A DNA stretch of 59,910 bases, counting the filler. It is 4 parts of 4 records of this genome, joined end to end, with 100 filler letters (N's around TTAATTAATTAA, not from the genome) between each part and the next. Parts side by side here need not be neighbours in the genome. Positions count along the whole stretch, not along the records: positions 12,872 to 25,750 come from DRR378314_2767; positions 25,851 to 53,507 come from DRR378314_2769; 2 more parts are not named here. One strand, written 5' to 3'. The translations under genes and the position numbers were made by a program. How positions within the stretch are numbered: the first letter of the stretch is position 1; each line of letters opens with the position of its first letter. The notes beneath the pieces were generated by a model, which worked only from the letters and a program-made list of their open reading frames with translations, did no database searches and was not told where the DNA came from. Shown here one piece after another: positions 20,814-32,062 of the stretch.

Positions 20814-21735
20814 GTTTCGCTGTGATAGAGCAAGGCAACTCCAGAATAATATCTCTCCGCTTCATTTGCTTCCATGGCGCTCAGATAGCCCTATTACGCT
20901 TAGGCTTGACGTTTGTAATATGGTGAGAATGTGCTGATTTTCCTTGAATGAGATCTGCACATGGGCTCACCCGCTTGCTCCTCGCGCCGTTCTGGCTGCG
21001 GCTAACGGAAACGCATCTCTGTCCTTGTTTCTCGCCGCTATTTCCGCGAATCTTTTTTTTCGCGTCGTACAGGAAGAGTGGATCCAGCTATGTAAAGAGC
21101 ATCGGAAAGGGTTACCCGAGAGTGCAAACGTTCCTTGCTCTCTTGTGTGCCGAATACTGCTGGTTGTACCTGGATTCTTCACGTTTCTTCCGGGAATGAT
21201 CTTGACCACGACGGGTGAATCCTCGGGAGAACGGCTTGCTGGGCACATCTTGCTCCCGATCGCCTTTACGTTCTTCTGTTGCTGCATATGCGCGTGTCGA
21301 AACGCAGTCAGGCGCTCTAAGGGCTCGAATATGGATTCTTCCGAGCTTGGTATGCACCTTTCAAAGCTCAACACAAAGCTCGCCGCCAAGTCACTGTTCG
21401 TTGCACGGCTGCCAGGTCTAACTTCTACCGCTGCAACGGGCAGACTGGTCGATATTTGTATCTTCCGTTTTGATGAGGACCTGAGTGACCCCAAGGGAAG
21501 GGCGGGCAATCATCGATCTCGGCAAACGTCTGCTGCCTACGTTCCCCGCGCAGCGATCCAGCGAACGGCTTCGGCGGAAGCCATGTTGCAGCACGTTGGT
21601 ACAGCTCCTCCTATGGCTCCGGGATTGGCCGAGCATGCACCTGCGTACGGCGAAATTGTGCAATCTGGATCCTCGCACACTACACAAGACGACAACCCGA
21701 TCATTCTCGGTGGAAGACCACTTGAGCAAGTCTAG
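20814..21735 (+). CDS. Eukaryotic Cys-rich two-TM membrane protein, paralogue B (exons 20814-20922 and 21073-21735; 5' end unresolved)
   Basis: Donor ATG|GTGAGA at 20922, acceptor TACAG| at 21072; shares NTKLAAKxLFxAR and C-terminal LGGRPLxxV with paralogue A. Confidence 0.6.
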
Positions 21736-22484
21736 AATTGATCTTTAGCGCTGCCCAACGCAATTGGAAGGCTGTTGACGTGGGGGAAATGTGGCAGCTG
21801 CCTGGTGAAGCGCAGCCCCAAACGCGCGCGCTTCGCCTTTCTTACGCCACACCGTCGATTTGCCATAGTTCCAAAGAGGCAATGGGAGAAAATGGTTTTG
21901 TTGCAAAAATTGTGTTGTGAAGTCGTCACATTTGCGACGCTGGGGAAGGGTAATTCGGTTTTTGTGCGCGAGCGCGTTACTGCACAACGGGGATAGTTGG
22001 AATTTCACGTACACTTGATTGCTTCGGAGCTTCTTGCCTTGCCGAGCTTAGTTTTGATGGGTCGTCCGATTTTTAGTGTTCTTTGTAGAATTCGCATTGT
22101 ATAAAATTTGAAGTTGGGAATAAAAATTTAAAAGGCTTCGCTCTGGGCGTGATGCTGGCGATGAGAATTCGTCCACGATTGCCGGTGCTGTGACTTCTTG
22201 ATTCCTTTACATCCGCCATAGTTAATGGCAAGACCCACGCTGTATCGCAGCCATGAAAGAAAAAAAGAGGCTGGCTCTGTGAAAGCACGACATGCGTCTG
22301 TGCGTGGCAATGCATATTCTGGTGTAACAAGATAAGGAGTGGGTGGGATGGAAATTGCAGAGCCGTGGTGTATACCCTCACGCTAGCGCATTGCTCCGAG
22401 TGCGTTGGGGAAAAGTAGGGCCGTTTGGAGCGTTGAGGAAATGGGAGTCGGAGCCCTCGCCGCGCGCCTTCTCCTTTCCCGTAG

Positions 22485-23040
22485 ACTCCACTGCATCGCT
22501 TGGGCAATGTGCCGCCAAAAATTATTCTCCGATACAATCCATCGCTGCTCGGAAGCGCTCCAGAGAATGACGGAACAGCCTCGGGCTTTTTCCCTTGACG
22601 CATTCCGGGCGAAAGGATTAGCGTGGAGGGTCCAGTTTCCTGGGCTGTGTGTGCTGCCCCGTGCTCTGTCGCTCGCTGCCATTAGAACAAATGTACCGTC
22701 CTCCACGCTTCAAGGCACGTCTTCGAAAAGTCCCTGGGTCAGCGCAACGACTTTTCCTCTGGTACCGATAGCTGCGTTGTGCTTTTGGTGCTGCGCCTGA
22801 AGTGCGGAATCTGCATACTGCAGCCAACTCCGTTCGCAAGCACACGCGAAAGCCAAGCGACAACGTGTACTTTCATTTTGCCGAGCGAAAACAGAAAAAG
22901 ATAATGGAAGCGTTTCTTCTGTTCTTCTCCATTTTTGGTAGTGTACGGCCCTTCGCGAGAGATACAGCGCTGGTACTTCTGCCCATCACGGCTTGAAAGC
23001 ATATGGAACATGGGTCTGTTGCTCCAACTAAGCTGCAGAA
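22485..23040 (+). CDS. Probable exons of a TPR-like helical-repeat protein (incomplete model)
   Basis: Exon 22485-22629 (TAG|...|GT) reads LHCIAWAMCRQKLFSDTIHRCSEALQR...AFRAKGLAWR; downstream segments HVFEKSLGQ and SIWNMGLLLQL are TPR-like. Confidence 0.3.
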
Positions 23041-23865
23041 ACGGAATGAAGGCGACAGGGCGAGCCTGTGGAGGTACCAAATATAAACCCTAGTCATAGC
23101 CGGATATGTATAATTTCCTAGACCTAAATCGACAACCGATCATTCGGAGGAGGAAACCGCCTGCCGCCGATTGCGGAATGGGCAAGAAAACAATCATCGC
23201 ACAGCCGTGACTGCCTCGTCCGCGTGTTGCGATTTGCGCACCAGCTTGTATACGTCGCTACCGCGTTCTTTCGACGACATTTTCGAATACGGAAGCAATC
23301 AAGTCGTGATATCTGTAGTACGAGTGTACCCATTGATATATCTGTTGCCGTTCGGTGAAACATATCTGCGTGCATCAGCGCAGAATAGTTTCTCGAAACT
23401 TTGTCGCAGGAATGGCGGCTTGCGCGAACGCGGCGCCCAAGAGCGCTGTAGCCGCAACGGTATGTGTGTCGCCACAGCAACGGGAAATCCCCCGCCAAAT
23501 ATTCTCTTTGTCTCTGTGCGAATGCGTTACATTTCGTATCGGCGATATAATTGCTCCAGTACCTGTGGTGTATAGTTTTGTAAGGTGTTTGTAGATGTGT
23601 TGTTTCGTTGCAGGAGAGCGTTGTCGGCGCCACATGCATGGAAGTGTTGCGTGCTCCTTCGGTCCACGGTCCTTGCGCGCCGCTATGTCCAGAGCCCCGC
23701 TGGAACGCCTGCTCGCAGGCTGCGTGTCCTTCGAGGCGGTTCTGCTGCTTCCATGTGATACTTGGGATTTCAAGTACCTATGAGTACTAACGGATAATTG
23801 GGAATTTCTGCTTTCGTTTTGCGCTCGGGCGATGGGCTGCGACTCGCTTGTAGATAAGCGAGGGA

Positions 23866-25750
23866 ATGGGGGCCCTCCGTGTACGTGACGACGAGCGCAT
23901 CACTGTGGTTTCTGACAAGTTCGACTGGGAGGCGGAGCGCCCGGCTTCGACCTCGCTCACGAAGACCGAGCTCGCTGCGCTCTGCAAAGCGCTGAAGAGC
24001 TGCAAATCATGCCCACACGTTGAGCTTATCGGATGCGAAATCCAAGGTGCGCAAGGCGTTGTCCTCGGCTCAGCGCTTGGTCTGGTGCGCGCGTGTGATA
24101 TTCTTGGCAACGCCCTGTGTCTTCCTGCCGTGACGCGGCGACGCGCAGTGTGCGCGCGCCCTGCGCGCTTGCCATATTTGGAACTCGGCGCGCCGCTGGA
24201 ACCGCGCCGCGAGGAAACCCGCACCGCCGCGGTGCTGCGCCGCTCGCCGGTACTTTCCGTGTCCCGCGTCGCCGCTCTTTGTCCATTCGCCCAGAGTGGC
24301 ACACGACAGTAGGCGTTTGCTATAGCTTGTTTTGCGCAAGAGGCTGGCAAGTTCCGCAGGTTGCGCGGGCAGAGTCCTCTCTGTGGCGCCCACGCCTCCG
24401 TTTGCTGCTCCGGTCGTCCAGCACGGTAGTCGCGCTTTTTCTCGCTTGCATTCGCCTCGCGCGCTCGCGCGCCTCCGTTTGTAAATTTTTTCGCATGCAG
24501 CACACGGAAAGAGTTTCCATATTTTTGTTAAGCTTTTTGACGCCCGTTTGTTCCAGCGTTGAGCCATCACAGGGACATACGTAGGAAGTGCAAAGTGTGC
24601 AGTGGGTTGCTCCTGGGTGACCTCGTGCAAACCTGTGCGGGCGTAGCACCGGCAGCTCCTGCGTTGTACTTGCGCCTCCGCGCTGCTGCGCTGGCGTTCC
24701 GACGATAAGCGAAAAGCTCCGTTAGTCACGGCATCGAAGCCAGCCCCTGACAAGAATACGTGATATACGTAAAAGCAATGTCGCTCATTCCAAAAAGGGT
24801 TGTGTCGCCTATTCTCCGTGGGTTAGAGCTCTGGTGTAATGTGAATATTCGGAATGGTTGCGCTGGCGGACGTCCGAGACGGAACAGTTTGTCGTTCAAC
24901 TGGCCTCACGCATTCTGGGCAATCGCACGATATTTGACACTAGGGTGATTGCTGCTCAACCGGTAACTCTGTTGGTGACGAGATGGAGCGATGTGAGTGT
25001 TTTCCCCCGCAGAGGGCGCGCATGTACACGGCTGCGCGGGAACTAGCGCCAATTTGATCGGCTGGGTGTGAGCGCGCTCGTGCTCTCACTTCCAGATATT
25101 TGTCGCAGTCCGCACAAATGACGACGCGCATGGAAGGAAAGTGGAATAGTTTGCAATGTGAAAAGGGCGCTTCCACAGGGTTGAAAGTACAAGTGCGGAC
25201 GCTTCTGGTGCATGGTTTTACCACGTCGCGATGTCAAGTACGCTCAACGGGCTGTGCGGCTGCGGTTGGCGTGTGTCTGCAGATGTTTCACCAATCGTGC
25301 AGGCGCTCCACGAGCGGCCCAAGCTGTCCGTGCTCGACTTGACATGGTCGCCATTGAGCAATGATGCAATTGAATCGATGTCCAGCTGCGCAAAAACGGT
25401 GGTGAAAGAGGAATTCGACCAGCCGCCGCGTGTTGATCTTGCGCTGCACGTGCGGGACTTTCGCAAACGCGTTGCGTGCGAGGCGGACAAGTGCTGTCGC
25501 GGGCTTGCGTTCTCTGTTTTATTGGCCGTAACGCGCATCGAGGCGGCTCTACTGTCCTCCAAAGCCACACCTGTCGATGTTCGCAGGCTCTCATTCATCC
25601 ACACGGTCATGGAGCTCAGCGAAGCGGATTATGAGCAGTGGTGCGAGGAACTGCCCGACTCCCTGCGGTCGATTTGTGTCCACGTGGAAAACCTGCGTGA
25701 GATCTATGCCAAGATTATCAGTGACGCGGAAAGTGAGCCAGGTGAAGCAC
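23866..25750 (+). CDS. Probable multi-exon leucine-rich-repeat (RI-like) protein, truncated at the contig end
   Basis: ELAALCKALKSCKSCPHVELIGCEIQ, GNSVGDE, IVQALHERPKLSVLDLTWSPLSNDAI; GT/AG sites between segments; exon structure not resolved. Confidence 0.35.
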
Positions 25751-25850
25751 NNNNNNNNNNNNNNNNNNNNNNNNNNNNNNNNNNNNNNNNNNNNTTAATT
25801 AATTAANNNNNNNNNNNNNNNNNNNNNNNNNNNNNNNNNNNNNNNNNNNN
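25751..25850. other. Artificial contig-joining spacer
   Basis: N44-TTAATTAATTAA-N44. Confidence 0.98.
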
Positions 25851-26762
25851 GGAACCCGAAAGTGAGAAAAGTTTGTTCTCCGAGCCGATAAAAATGCGCA
25901 CACCGTCGCCATCTTCGGTCAGTTCCAGGAATTCGGCGATGTCCCGTTTGCGCTCCAGATCATCGAACAGGCTGCGGATCTTCTCCAACTCATCCGGAGC
26001 TCCCTCTTCCGAGAGGAGATTCGCCCGTCCCCGCACGATAAGCCGCGCCTGATCGCTGCCATCATCTTCCCAAGCGGCGAGCCCGCTCTCGATCATGTCA
26101 CTGGCAAGCGTGTCTATTTCCTGCCGGCGTTTTTCGATTTCGGACTGCACGTCCTTGCGCACCTGTCCCAGTGTGCGCCCTTCGATCAGCGCATTGAGAA
26201 AATTCGCCGCCTCCCGCATTGAACTGGGTGTCTGCCCCGGCGGTGGTGTGAACAGACGGTTTTCCACATGCCCGTCGGAGAACACCAGAACCACCAGTGA
26301 TCGGTCCTGCGCCAGAGACACAAACTCGATATGGCGCAACTCAGCCTCATGCTTGGGCGTCAGCACCAGAGAGGCACCATGCGTCACCCCCGACAGCGCC
26401 GCGCCGACACGGTCCAGCATGCCACTGACGTCGCTGGAATTGTCACCTAGCGTCCGGTCGATCGTCTCACGGTCCTGCATGCTGGGATCGCCCATTTGCA
26501 GCAACCCGTCGACAAACAGCCGCAGCCCCATCTGGGTTGGAATACGGCCTGCGCTCACATGCGGGCTGTCCAGCAGTCCTAGATATTCCAGATCCTGCAT
26601 AACGTTACGCACAGTGGCGGCACTGACCTTCTCGCTCAGCGAACGCGTCAGGGTCCGGCTGCCGACTGGCCCACCGGTATCCAGGTAGTTTTCCACAAGA
26701 ATACGAAACACCTCGCGCGAGCGATCGTTCATGTCTTGAAGTATGGAATTTGCGTCCGTCAT
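25851..26762 (-). CDS. hrcA: Heat-inducible transcription repressor HrcA (3' end truncated by contig end)
   Basis: GPVGSRTL, SAATVRNVMQDLE, SPHVSAGRIPT, VRIFIGSEN. Confidence 0.95.
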
Positions 26763-26903
26763 CTCAATCCCACTGTTCCCGACAGATACGGTGAACGTAC
26801 CTCCCCTTTTGTCACTAAAGCGCTTCGCTAGATATGGTCAATGACCCTTGCATCGCCAACCCCCCGGACGGTATCGACGGGGCAACAGCAAAAGGATATC
26901 CAC

Positions 26904-27617
26904 ATGCGACCCTCCGGACGTGCCCTCAACGAAATGCGCACCGTTACTTTCGAAACTGGCTTTACCAAACACGCAGAAGGCTCCTGCCTGATCAAGATGG
27001 GCGATACCCATGTGCTGTGCACCGCCACCATCGAAGACCGTGTGCCGCCATTTATCAAGGGGTCCGGTCTTGGCTGGGTGACGGCAGAATACGGCATGCT
27101 GCCACGCGCAACCAACACCCGTATGCGCCGAGAGGCTGCCTCCGGCAAGCAAGGCGGACGTACCGTCGAAATCCAGCGCCTGATCGGCCGCGCCCTGCGG
27201 GCTGGCGTTGATCGCGTCGCCCTGGGCGAACGTCAGATCACCGTCGATTGCGATGTGCTGCAGGCCGATGGCGGCACCCGCTGCGCCTCCATCACCGGTG
27301 GTTGGGTTGCTCTGAGACTGGCCGTCAACAAGCTGATGAAGGCCGGAGACGTGAAGATGGATCCACTGGTGGATCCGGTGTCCGCGATTTCCTGCGGCAT
27401 TTACGCCGGTCAGCCGATCCTGGACCTGGACTACCCCGAGGATTCCGAGGCAGGCGTTGACGGTAACTTCATCATGACTGGCTCCGGCAAACTGATCGAA
27501 GTTCAGATGAGCGCTGAAGGCTCGGTCTTCTCCCGGGATCAGATGAATGAATTGATGGACCTGGCCACCAAGGGCACCTCCGAACTGGCAGAGATGCAAA
27601 AGGCCGCCTGCGCATGA
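26904..27617 (+). CDS. rph: Ribonuclease PH
   Basis: [50 protein letters not shown]. Confidence 0.97.
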   Translation: MRPSGRALNEMRTVTFETGFTKHAEGSCLIKMGDTHVLCTATIEDRVPPFIKGSGLGWVTAEYGMLPRATNTRMRREAASGKQGGRTVEIQRLIGRALRAGVDRVALGERQITVDCDVLQADGGTRCASITGGWVALRLAVNKLMKAGDVKMDPLVDPVSAISCGIYAGQPILDLDYPEDSEAGVDGNFIMTGSGKLIEVQMSAEGSVFSRDQMNELMDLATKGTSELAEMQKAACA

Positions 27618-28228
27618 CCCGCAAGTTCGAAGGCGACACCTTGTTGGTCGCCACACATAACTCAGGGAAGCTGGGCGAGATCACCGAGATCCTCACCCCC
27701 TATGGCGTCAAAGTGGTTGGCGCGGCAGAGATGGACCTGCCCGAGCCAGAGGAAACCGAAGACAGCTTTGTAGGCAACGCAAGGATCAAGGCCCATGCAG
27801 CGGCGAAGGCTGCCGGCCTGCCCGCGCTGTCCGACGACAGCGGTATCACCATCGACGCGCTGGACGGCGCGCCGGGTGTCTACACCGCCGATTGGGCCGA
27901 GACCAGTCAGGGACGTGATTTCATGCTGGCGATGACCCGCGCCAATGATGAAATTACCGCAAAAGGACCAGACGCCCCCCGCAGCGCCCAATTTCGTTGC
28001 ACATTGGTTCTGGCCTGGCCCGATGGCCATGACGAGGTGTTTGAGGGTGTAATGCCCGGTACGCTGGTATGGCCCATCCGTGGCGAAGGTGGATTTGGCT
28101 ACGATCCCATGTTTATGCCCGAGGGGTATGACGTGACCTGCGCTCAAATGGATAAGGCGGAAAAGAACCGCATCAGCCACCGAGGCCGTGCATTGGCCCA
28201 GTTCGTGCAGGGCTGCTTTGGTGGATGA
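27614..28228 (+). CDS. rdgB: Non-canonical purine NTP pyrophosphatase (Ham1 family)
   Basis: [34 protein letters not shown]. Confidence 0.95.
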   Translation: MTRKFEGDTLLVATHNSGKLGEITEILTPYGVKVVGAAEMDLPEPEETEDSFVGNARIKAHAAAKAAGLPALSDDSGITIDALDGAPGVYTADWAETSQGRDFMLAMTRANDEITAKGPDAPRSAQFRCTLVLAWPDGHDEVFEGVMPGTLVWPIRGEGGFGYDPMFMPEGYDVTCAQMDKAEKNRISHRGRALAQFVQGCFGG

Positions 28229-29375
28229 TTGGTGGAATGGGGGCTTTGGTCTTTACGTGCATTGGCCGTTCTGTCAGGCCAAATGCCCCTACTGCGACTT
28301 CAACAGCCATGTGGTGTCCCAGATCGATCAGTCGGCCTGGGTCACCGCCTACGAGACTGAGCTGCGCCGCATGGGCGAATTGGTCCCTGATCGGCTTCTG
28401 AACAGCATTTTCTTTGGCGGCGGCACCCCGTCCCTGATGCATCCGGACACGGTTGCCGCGGTGATCGACACTGCACGTGAGATCTGGCCCTTCGCCAATG
28501 ACATCGAAATCTCGCTGGAAGCCAATCCAGGGTCGGTCGAGGCCGGTCGATTTGCCGGCTATCGCGACGCCGGCGTCAATCGGATTTCCATGGGTATTCA
28601 GGCGCTGAACGACGAGGATCTCCGCCGTCTTGGCCGCATTCATTCTGTAGAGGAAGCACGCAAAGCCTTTGACGTCGCCAGAAACTGCTTCGACCGTGTC
28701 AGTTTCGACCTGATCTACGCCCGCCAAGGTCAGACCCTTGATGCGTGGAAAGCTGAGCTCTCAGAGGCGCTCAGCATGGCGATCGACCATCTGTCGCTGT
28801 ATCAGCTGACGATCGAAGACGGCACCGCATTTGGGGATCGCTACGCAAGAGGCAAACTGCGCCACCTGCCCACAGACGACAATGCAGCTGATATGTACCT
28901 CGCCACCCAAGAGATCTGCGAATCCTACGGGCTACCAGGCTATGAGATTTCTAATCATGCCCGACCGGGCGCCGAGAGCCGTCATAATCTCATCTATTGG
29001 CGGTACGGAGACTACCTCGGGATTGGACCGGGTGCGCATGGTAGATTATCCCTGAACGGCCAGCGGATGGCGACAGAGGCGCCTAAGGCACCAGGTGCTT
29101 GGCTTGAAGCGGTTCGCCAAGGAAACGGAACACTCCCGTTTGAACGGCTTTCCCAAGAAGATCAGGTCGTCGAACACATGATGATGGGGCTTCGGCTACA
29201 TGAGGGGCTAGACCTTGAACGCCACGGCAAACTCGCTTCATCCCCCATTTCCGACACCAAAATACACGCTCTTCGTGATCTCGGTATGATAGAAATCATC
29301 AATGACCGATTGTGTGCGACCTCTCAGGGTCGCGCGGTTCTGAACGCCGTTCTCCGAGAACTCCTGACGGATTGA
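28221..29375 (+). CDS. hemW: Radical SAM heme chaperone HemW
   Basis: LYVHWPFCQAKCPYCDFNS (CxxxCxxC), FGGGTPS, YEISN, HNLIYW; follows rdgB. Confidence 0.93.
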   Translation: MDDWWNGGFGLYVHWPFCQAKCPYCDFNSHVVSQIDQSAWVTAYETELRRMGELVPDRLLNSIFFGGGTPSLMHPDTVAAVIDTAREIWPFANDIEISLEANPGSVEAGRFAGYRDAGVNRISMGIQALNDEDLRRLGRIHSVEEARKAFDVARNCFDRVSFDLIYARQGQTLDAWKAELSEALSMAIDHLSLYQLTIEDGTAFGDRYARGKLRHLPTDDNAADMYLATQEICESYGLPGYEISNHARPGAESRHNLIYWRYGDYLGIGPGAHGRLSLNGQRMATEAPKAPGAWLEAVRQGNGTLPFERLSQEDQVVEHMMMGLRLHEGLDLERHGKLASSPISDTKIHALRDLGMIEIINDRLCATSQGRAVLNAVLRELLTD

Positions 29376-29378
29376 TAA

Positions 29379-29732
29379 ATGAAAGCTATTTACCTCTGCC
29401 TTGGTCTTCTTAGCCTCCTTCTGGCAGTGGTGGGCGTTGCTCTTCCTCTCCTGCCGACGGTGCCGTTCCTGCTTCTCGCTACCTTCTTCTTCGCAAGATC
29501 ATCCGAACGACTACACGTATGGCTTACCAGCCACGGGACCTTCGGCCCGATGATCCAGGACTGGCACGAATATGGCGCCATCCGTCCAAGAGCAAAAAAG
29601 GCAGCAACCTTATCAGTTGCCGCCGTTCTTGGCATTTCGCTATTACTTGAACTATCTTTTCATATCATAGCGATACAGGCGATCACCCTTAGTGCGGTGA
29701 TGATTTTCATTTGGACCCGGCCTAACGGCTAA
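29379..29732 (+). CDS. YbaN/DUF454 inner membrane protein
   Basis: LPLLPTVPFLLLA, ARSSERLHVWL, FGPMIQDW. Confidence 0.85.
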   Translation: MKAIYLCLGLLSLLLAVVGVALPLLPTVPFLLLATFFFARSSERLHVWLTSHGTFGPMIQDWHEYGAIRPRAKKAATLSVAAVLGISLLLELSFHIIAIQAITLSAVMIFIWTRPNG

Positions 29733-30621
29733 GACGATTGCACAAGTCATCCAGCTGATCCAAAGTTTCGTAGGATATCGTCACAGCACCGGCCTCGCCG
29801 CCTGGTTTGTGATCGATTGATACCTTCATTCGGATCATCGCAGACAAATCAGCCTCCAATGCACGTGTATCGGCATCTTTCTCCGCCTGAGTTTTTGGCT
29901 TCTTTGTAGCAGGACTACCGGAGATACCAGCCGCGTCCTTCTTCACCAACGACTCGGTTGCACGAACCGAAAGCCCACCTTTTACGATCTTTTTAGCGAG
30001 CTCAGATGCATTGTCTGACGTGATCAATGCTCGCGCATGCCCCGCCGACAATTTTCGATCAAGAACAAGATCTTGAACGTCCTCAGGTAGATGGAGCAGC
30101 CGTACCAAATTCGCAATATGGCTTCGGCTCTTCCCAAGCGCCTCTGCCATCTTTTCTTGCGTATGTCCGAATTTGTCCATCAATTGCTTATAGCTCTGAG
30201 CTTCCTCGAGAGCATTAAGATCGGAACGTTGAATGTTCTCGATGATCGCAACTTCAAACATCTCGACATCAGAATAGTCGCGAATGAGGACAGGAACTTC
30301 ATGCAGCTGCGCGGCCTGCGCAGCGCGCCACCGACGTTCCCCTGCCACGATCTCGTACATTCCGCCATCGCGTGGGCGCACGATCAAAGGCTGGAGAACA
30401 CCCTTTTCCTTGATAGACGCGGTAAGATCGTCGAGGTCTTCCTGCAAAAATTGGCGACGCGGCTGATCAGGGTTTGCCTGAACTTTCTCAATCGGGACAA
30501 GAATTTCAGCATTGCGTGGCGTCCGTACACCATCTGTGCTGACAGGTTCCGCGTTCACGTCAGCCATCAATGCAGAGAGGCCACGCCCCAGGCCGCGCGG
30601 TTTGGGTTTCTTATCTGCCAT
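29722..30621 (-). CDS. parB: Chromosome partitioning protein ParB
   Basis: GLGRGLSAL, NPDQPR, AGERRWRAA, IIENIQRSDL, HTH GKSRSHIAN. Confidence 0.97.
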   Translation of the reverse strand: MADKKPKPRGLGRGLSALMADVNAEPVSTDGVRTPRNAEILVPIEKVQANPDQPRRQFLQEDLDDLTASIKEKGVLQPLIVRPRDGGMYEIVAGERRWRAAQAAQLHEVPVLIRDYSDVEMFEVAIIENIQRSDLNALEEAQSYKQLMDKFGHTQEKMAEALGKSRSHIANLVRLLHLPEDVQDLVLDRKLSAGHARALITSDNASELAKKIVKGGLSVRATESLVKKDAAGISGSPATKKPKTQAEKDADTRALEADLSAMIRMKVSIDHKPGGEAGAVTISYETLDQLDDLCNRLSR

Positions 30622-30639
30622 TCTATGCCCCTTCTATTC

Positions 30640-31452
30640 TTATTCGGCCGCAATTCTTTGATGTTTAGATATAATCTCATCCGCCAATTGACGATAAGCC
30701 TTCGCACCCAACGATGCGGAGTCATAGTTCAGCACCGGCATGGAATATGATGGCGCTTCGCTAACACGTACATTACGCGGTATCTTGGTTCTAAACACCA
30801 AATCACCAAGGTTATCACGCGCGTCCTGCTCCACCTGTTGAGAAAGGTTGTTGCGACGATCGTACATTGTCAACACAACTCCCTCGATCCTCAAACTTGG
30901 ATTTGCAGCATGACGAACCTCACGAATAGTCAACATCAGCTGCGAGAGCCCTTCGAGCGCGAAAAATTCGCTTTGCAGTGGAATCAAAACAGAATCCGCC
31001 GCCACCATCGCGTTAACGGTCAATAGATTGAGAGAAGGCGGACAATCAATCAGGATATAGTCCCAGTCATAATCCGTCATCGCGGGCTGACGAAGCGCAT
31101 CATGAAGGAGATAGCTACGCTTTTCGTTGGAGAACAGCTCAATATCAGCGGAACTCAGATCCACGGTCGCTGGTATGATACACAGGTCCTCAAGGTCAGT
31201 TTGTCGAATAACCGCAGAAAGTTCGACTTCATCCACCAACAGATCGTACGTCGTGTGTTCTCGATCTTCGGCCTCGATTCCCAGGCCGGTAGACGCGTTC
31301 CCCTGCGGATCCAGATCAACGAGGAGCACTCTCATACCCTCTTCAACCATGGCCGCGGCGAGGTTAATTGCTGTAGTTGTCTTTCCTACCCCACCCTTTT
31401 GATTTGCGATGGCAATAATGCGGGGCGTTCCCGAACGGGACATGTCAGACAC
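30640..31452 (-). CDS. parA: Chromosome partitioning ATPase ParA/Soj
   Basis: NQKGGVGKTTT, DLDPQGNAS, IDCPPSL, IPRNVRVSEAPS. Confidence 0.97.
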   Translation of the reverse strand: MSDMSRSGTPRIIAIANQKGGVGKTTTAINLAAAMVEEGMRVLLVDLDPQGNASTGLGIEAEDREHTTYDLLVDEVELSAVIRQTDLEDLCIIPATVDLSSADIELFSNEKRSYLLHDALRQPAMTDYDWDYILIDCPPSLNLLTVNAMVAADSVLIPLQSEFFALEGLSQLMLTIREVRHAANPSLRIEGVVLTMYDRRNNLSQQVEQDARDNLGDLVFRTKIPRNVRVSEAPSYSMPVLNYDSASLGAKAYRQLADEIISKHQRIAAE

Positions 31453-32062
31453 GCGCTACTCCCTTGATCTTGAGAATGACAGCCTCAGGCTCAGTAAGAC
31501 TTGTAATCTCTTCGCACTCAAATCGCCATGTTTTGCGTGCGTTATCTACCTCTTTTTTCCAACTTGCGCCCTTTGGAAACACTGCAGTTCCTGAATTGGA
31601 CAGATGGCGTTCGGAAAACAACAAAAGATCACTCAAATCAGCAAGAGCACGTGCGGATAGTACGTCGGCCCGCATTTTCTCGACAGCCTCTATTCGCTGC
31701 GACTTGACGGATACAGTCACGCCGCATTCTCTTGCAACGTTCCGTAAGAATGCACATTTTCTCTGATCGCTTTCAATCAGCGTGACGGTCATGTCAGGTG
31801 CGTGTTCGGCAGCTAGAATCGCAACAATAAGCCCCGGAAGGCCACCACCACTTCCGATATCAAGCCAACTTGTGCCCAAAGTCGGAATATCAAACACCTG
31901 AACGCTGTCAAGAATGTGACGTGTCCAAAGCTCGCGTAAGCTATTATTGGAAACCAAATTTATCCTTGGGTTCCACTTTTCGAGAGTTTTTGAAAAGATC
32001 TGGAGACGCTCGGATGTTTCACGTGAAACATCGTATCTCGTTTCTATGACTTGAACACTCAT
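31445..32062 (-). CDS. rsmG: 16S rRNA m7G527 methyltransferase
   Basis: [36 protein letters not shown]. Confidence 0.95.
   Translation of the reverse strand: MSVQVIETRYDVSRETSERLQIFSKTLEKWNPRINLVSNNSLRELWTRHILDSVQVFDIPTLGTSWLDIGSGGGLPGLIVAILAAEHAPDMTVTLIESDQRKCAFLRNVARECGVTVSVKSQRIEAVEKMRADVLSARALADLSDLLLFSERHLSNSGTAVFPKGASWKKEVDNARKTWRFECEEITSLTEPEAVILKIKGVARV
32015..32030. promoter_or_regulatory. parS: parS centromere-like site inside the 5' end of rsmG
   Basis: Perfect palindrome TGTTTCACGTGAAACA, extending to 20 bp (32013-32032); encodes VSRET. Confidence 0.95.

Noticed and set aside
12872-25750. Horizontal transfer of eukaryotic DNA into a bacterium, or a prophage/island
   Set aside because: The segment is bounded by artificial spacers, so it is a separate contig; no integrase or phage genes seen.
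26763-26903. CIRCE element upstream of hrcA
   Set aside because: No TTAGCACTC-N9-GAGTGCTAA match seen.
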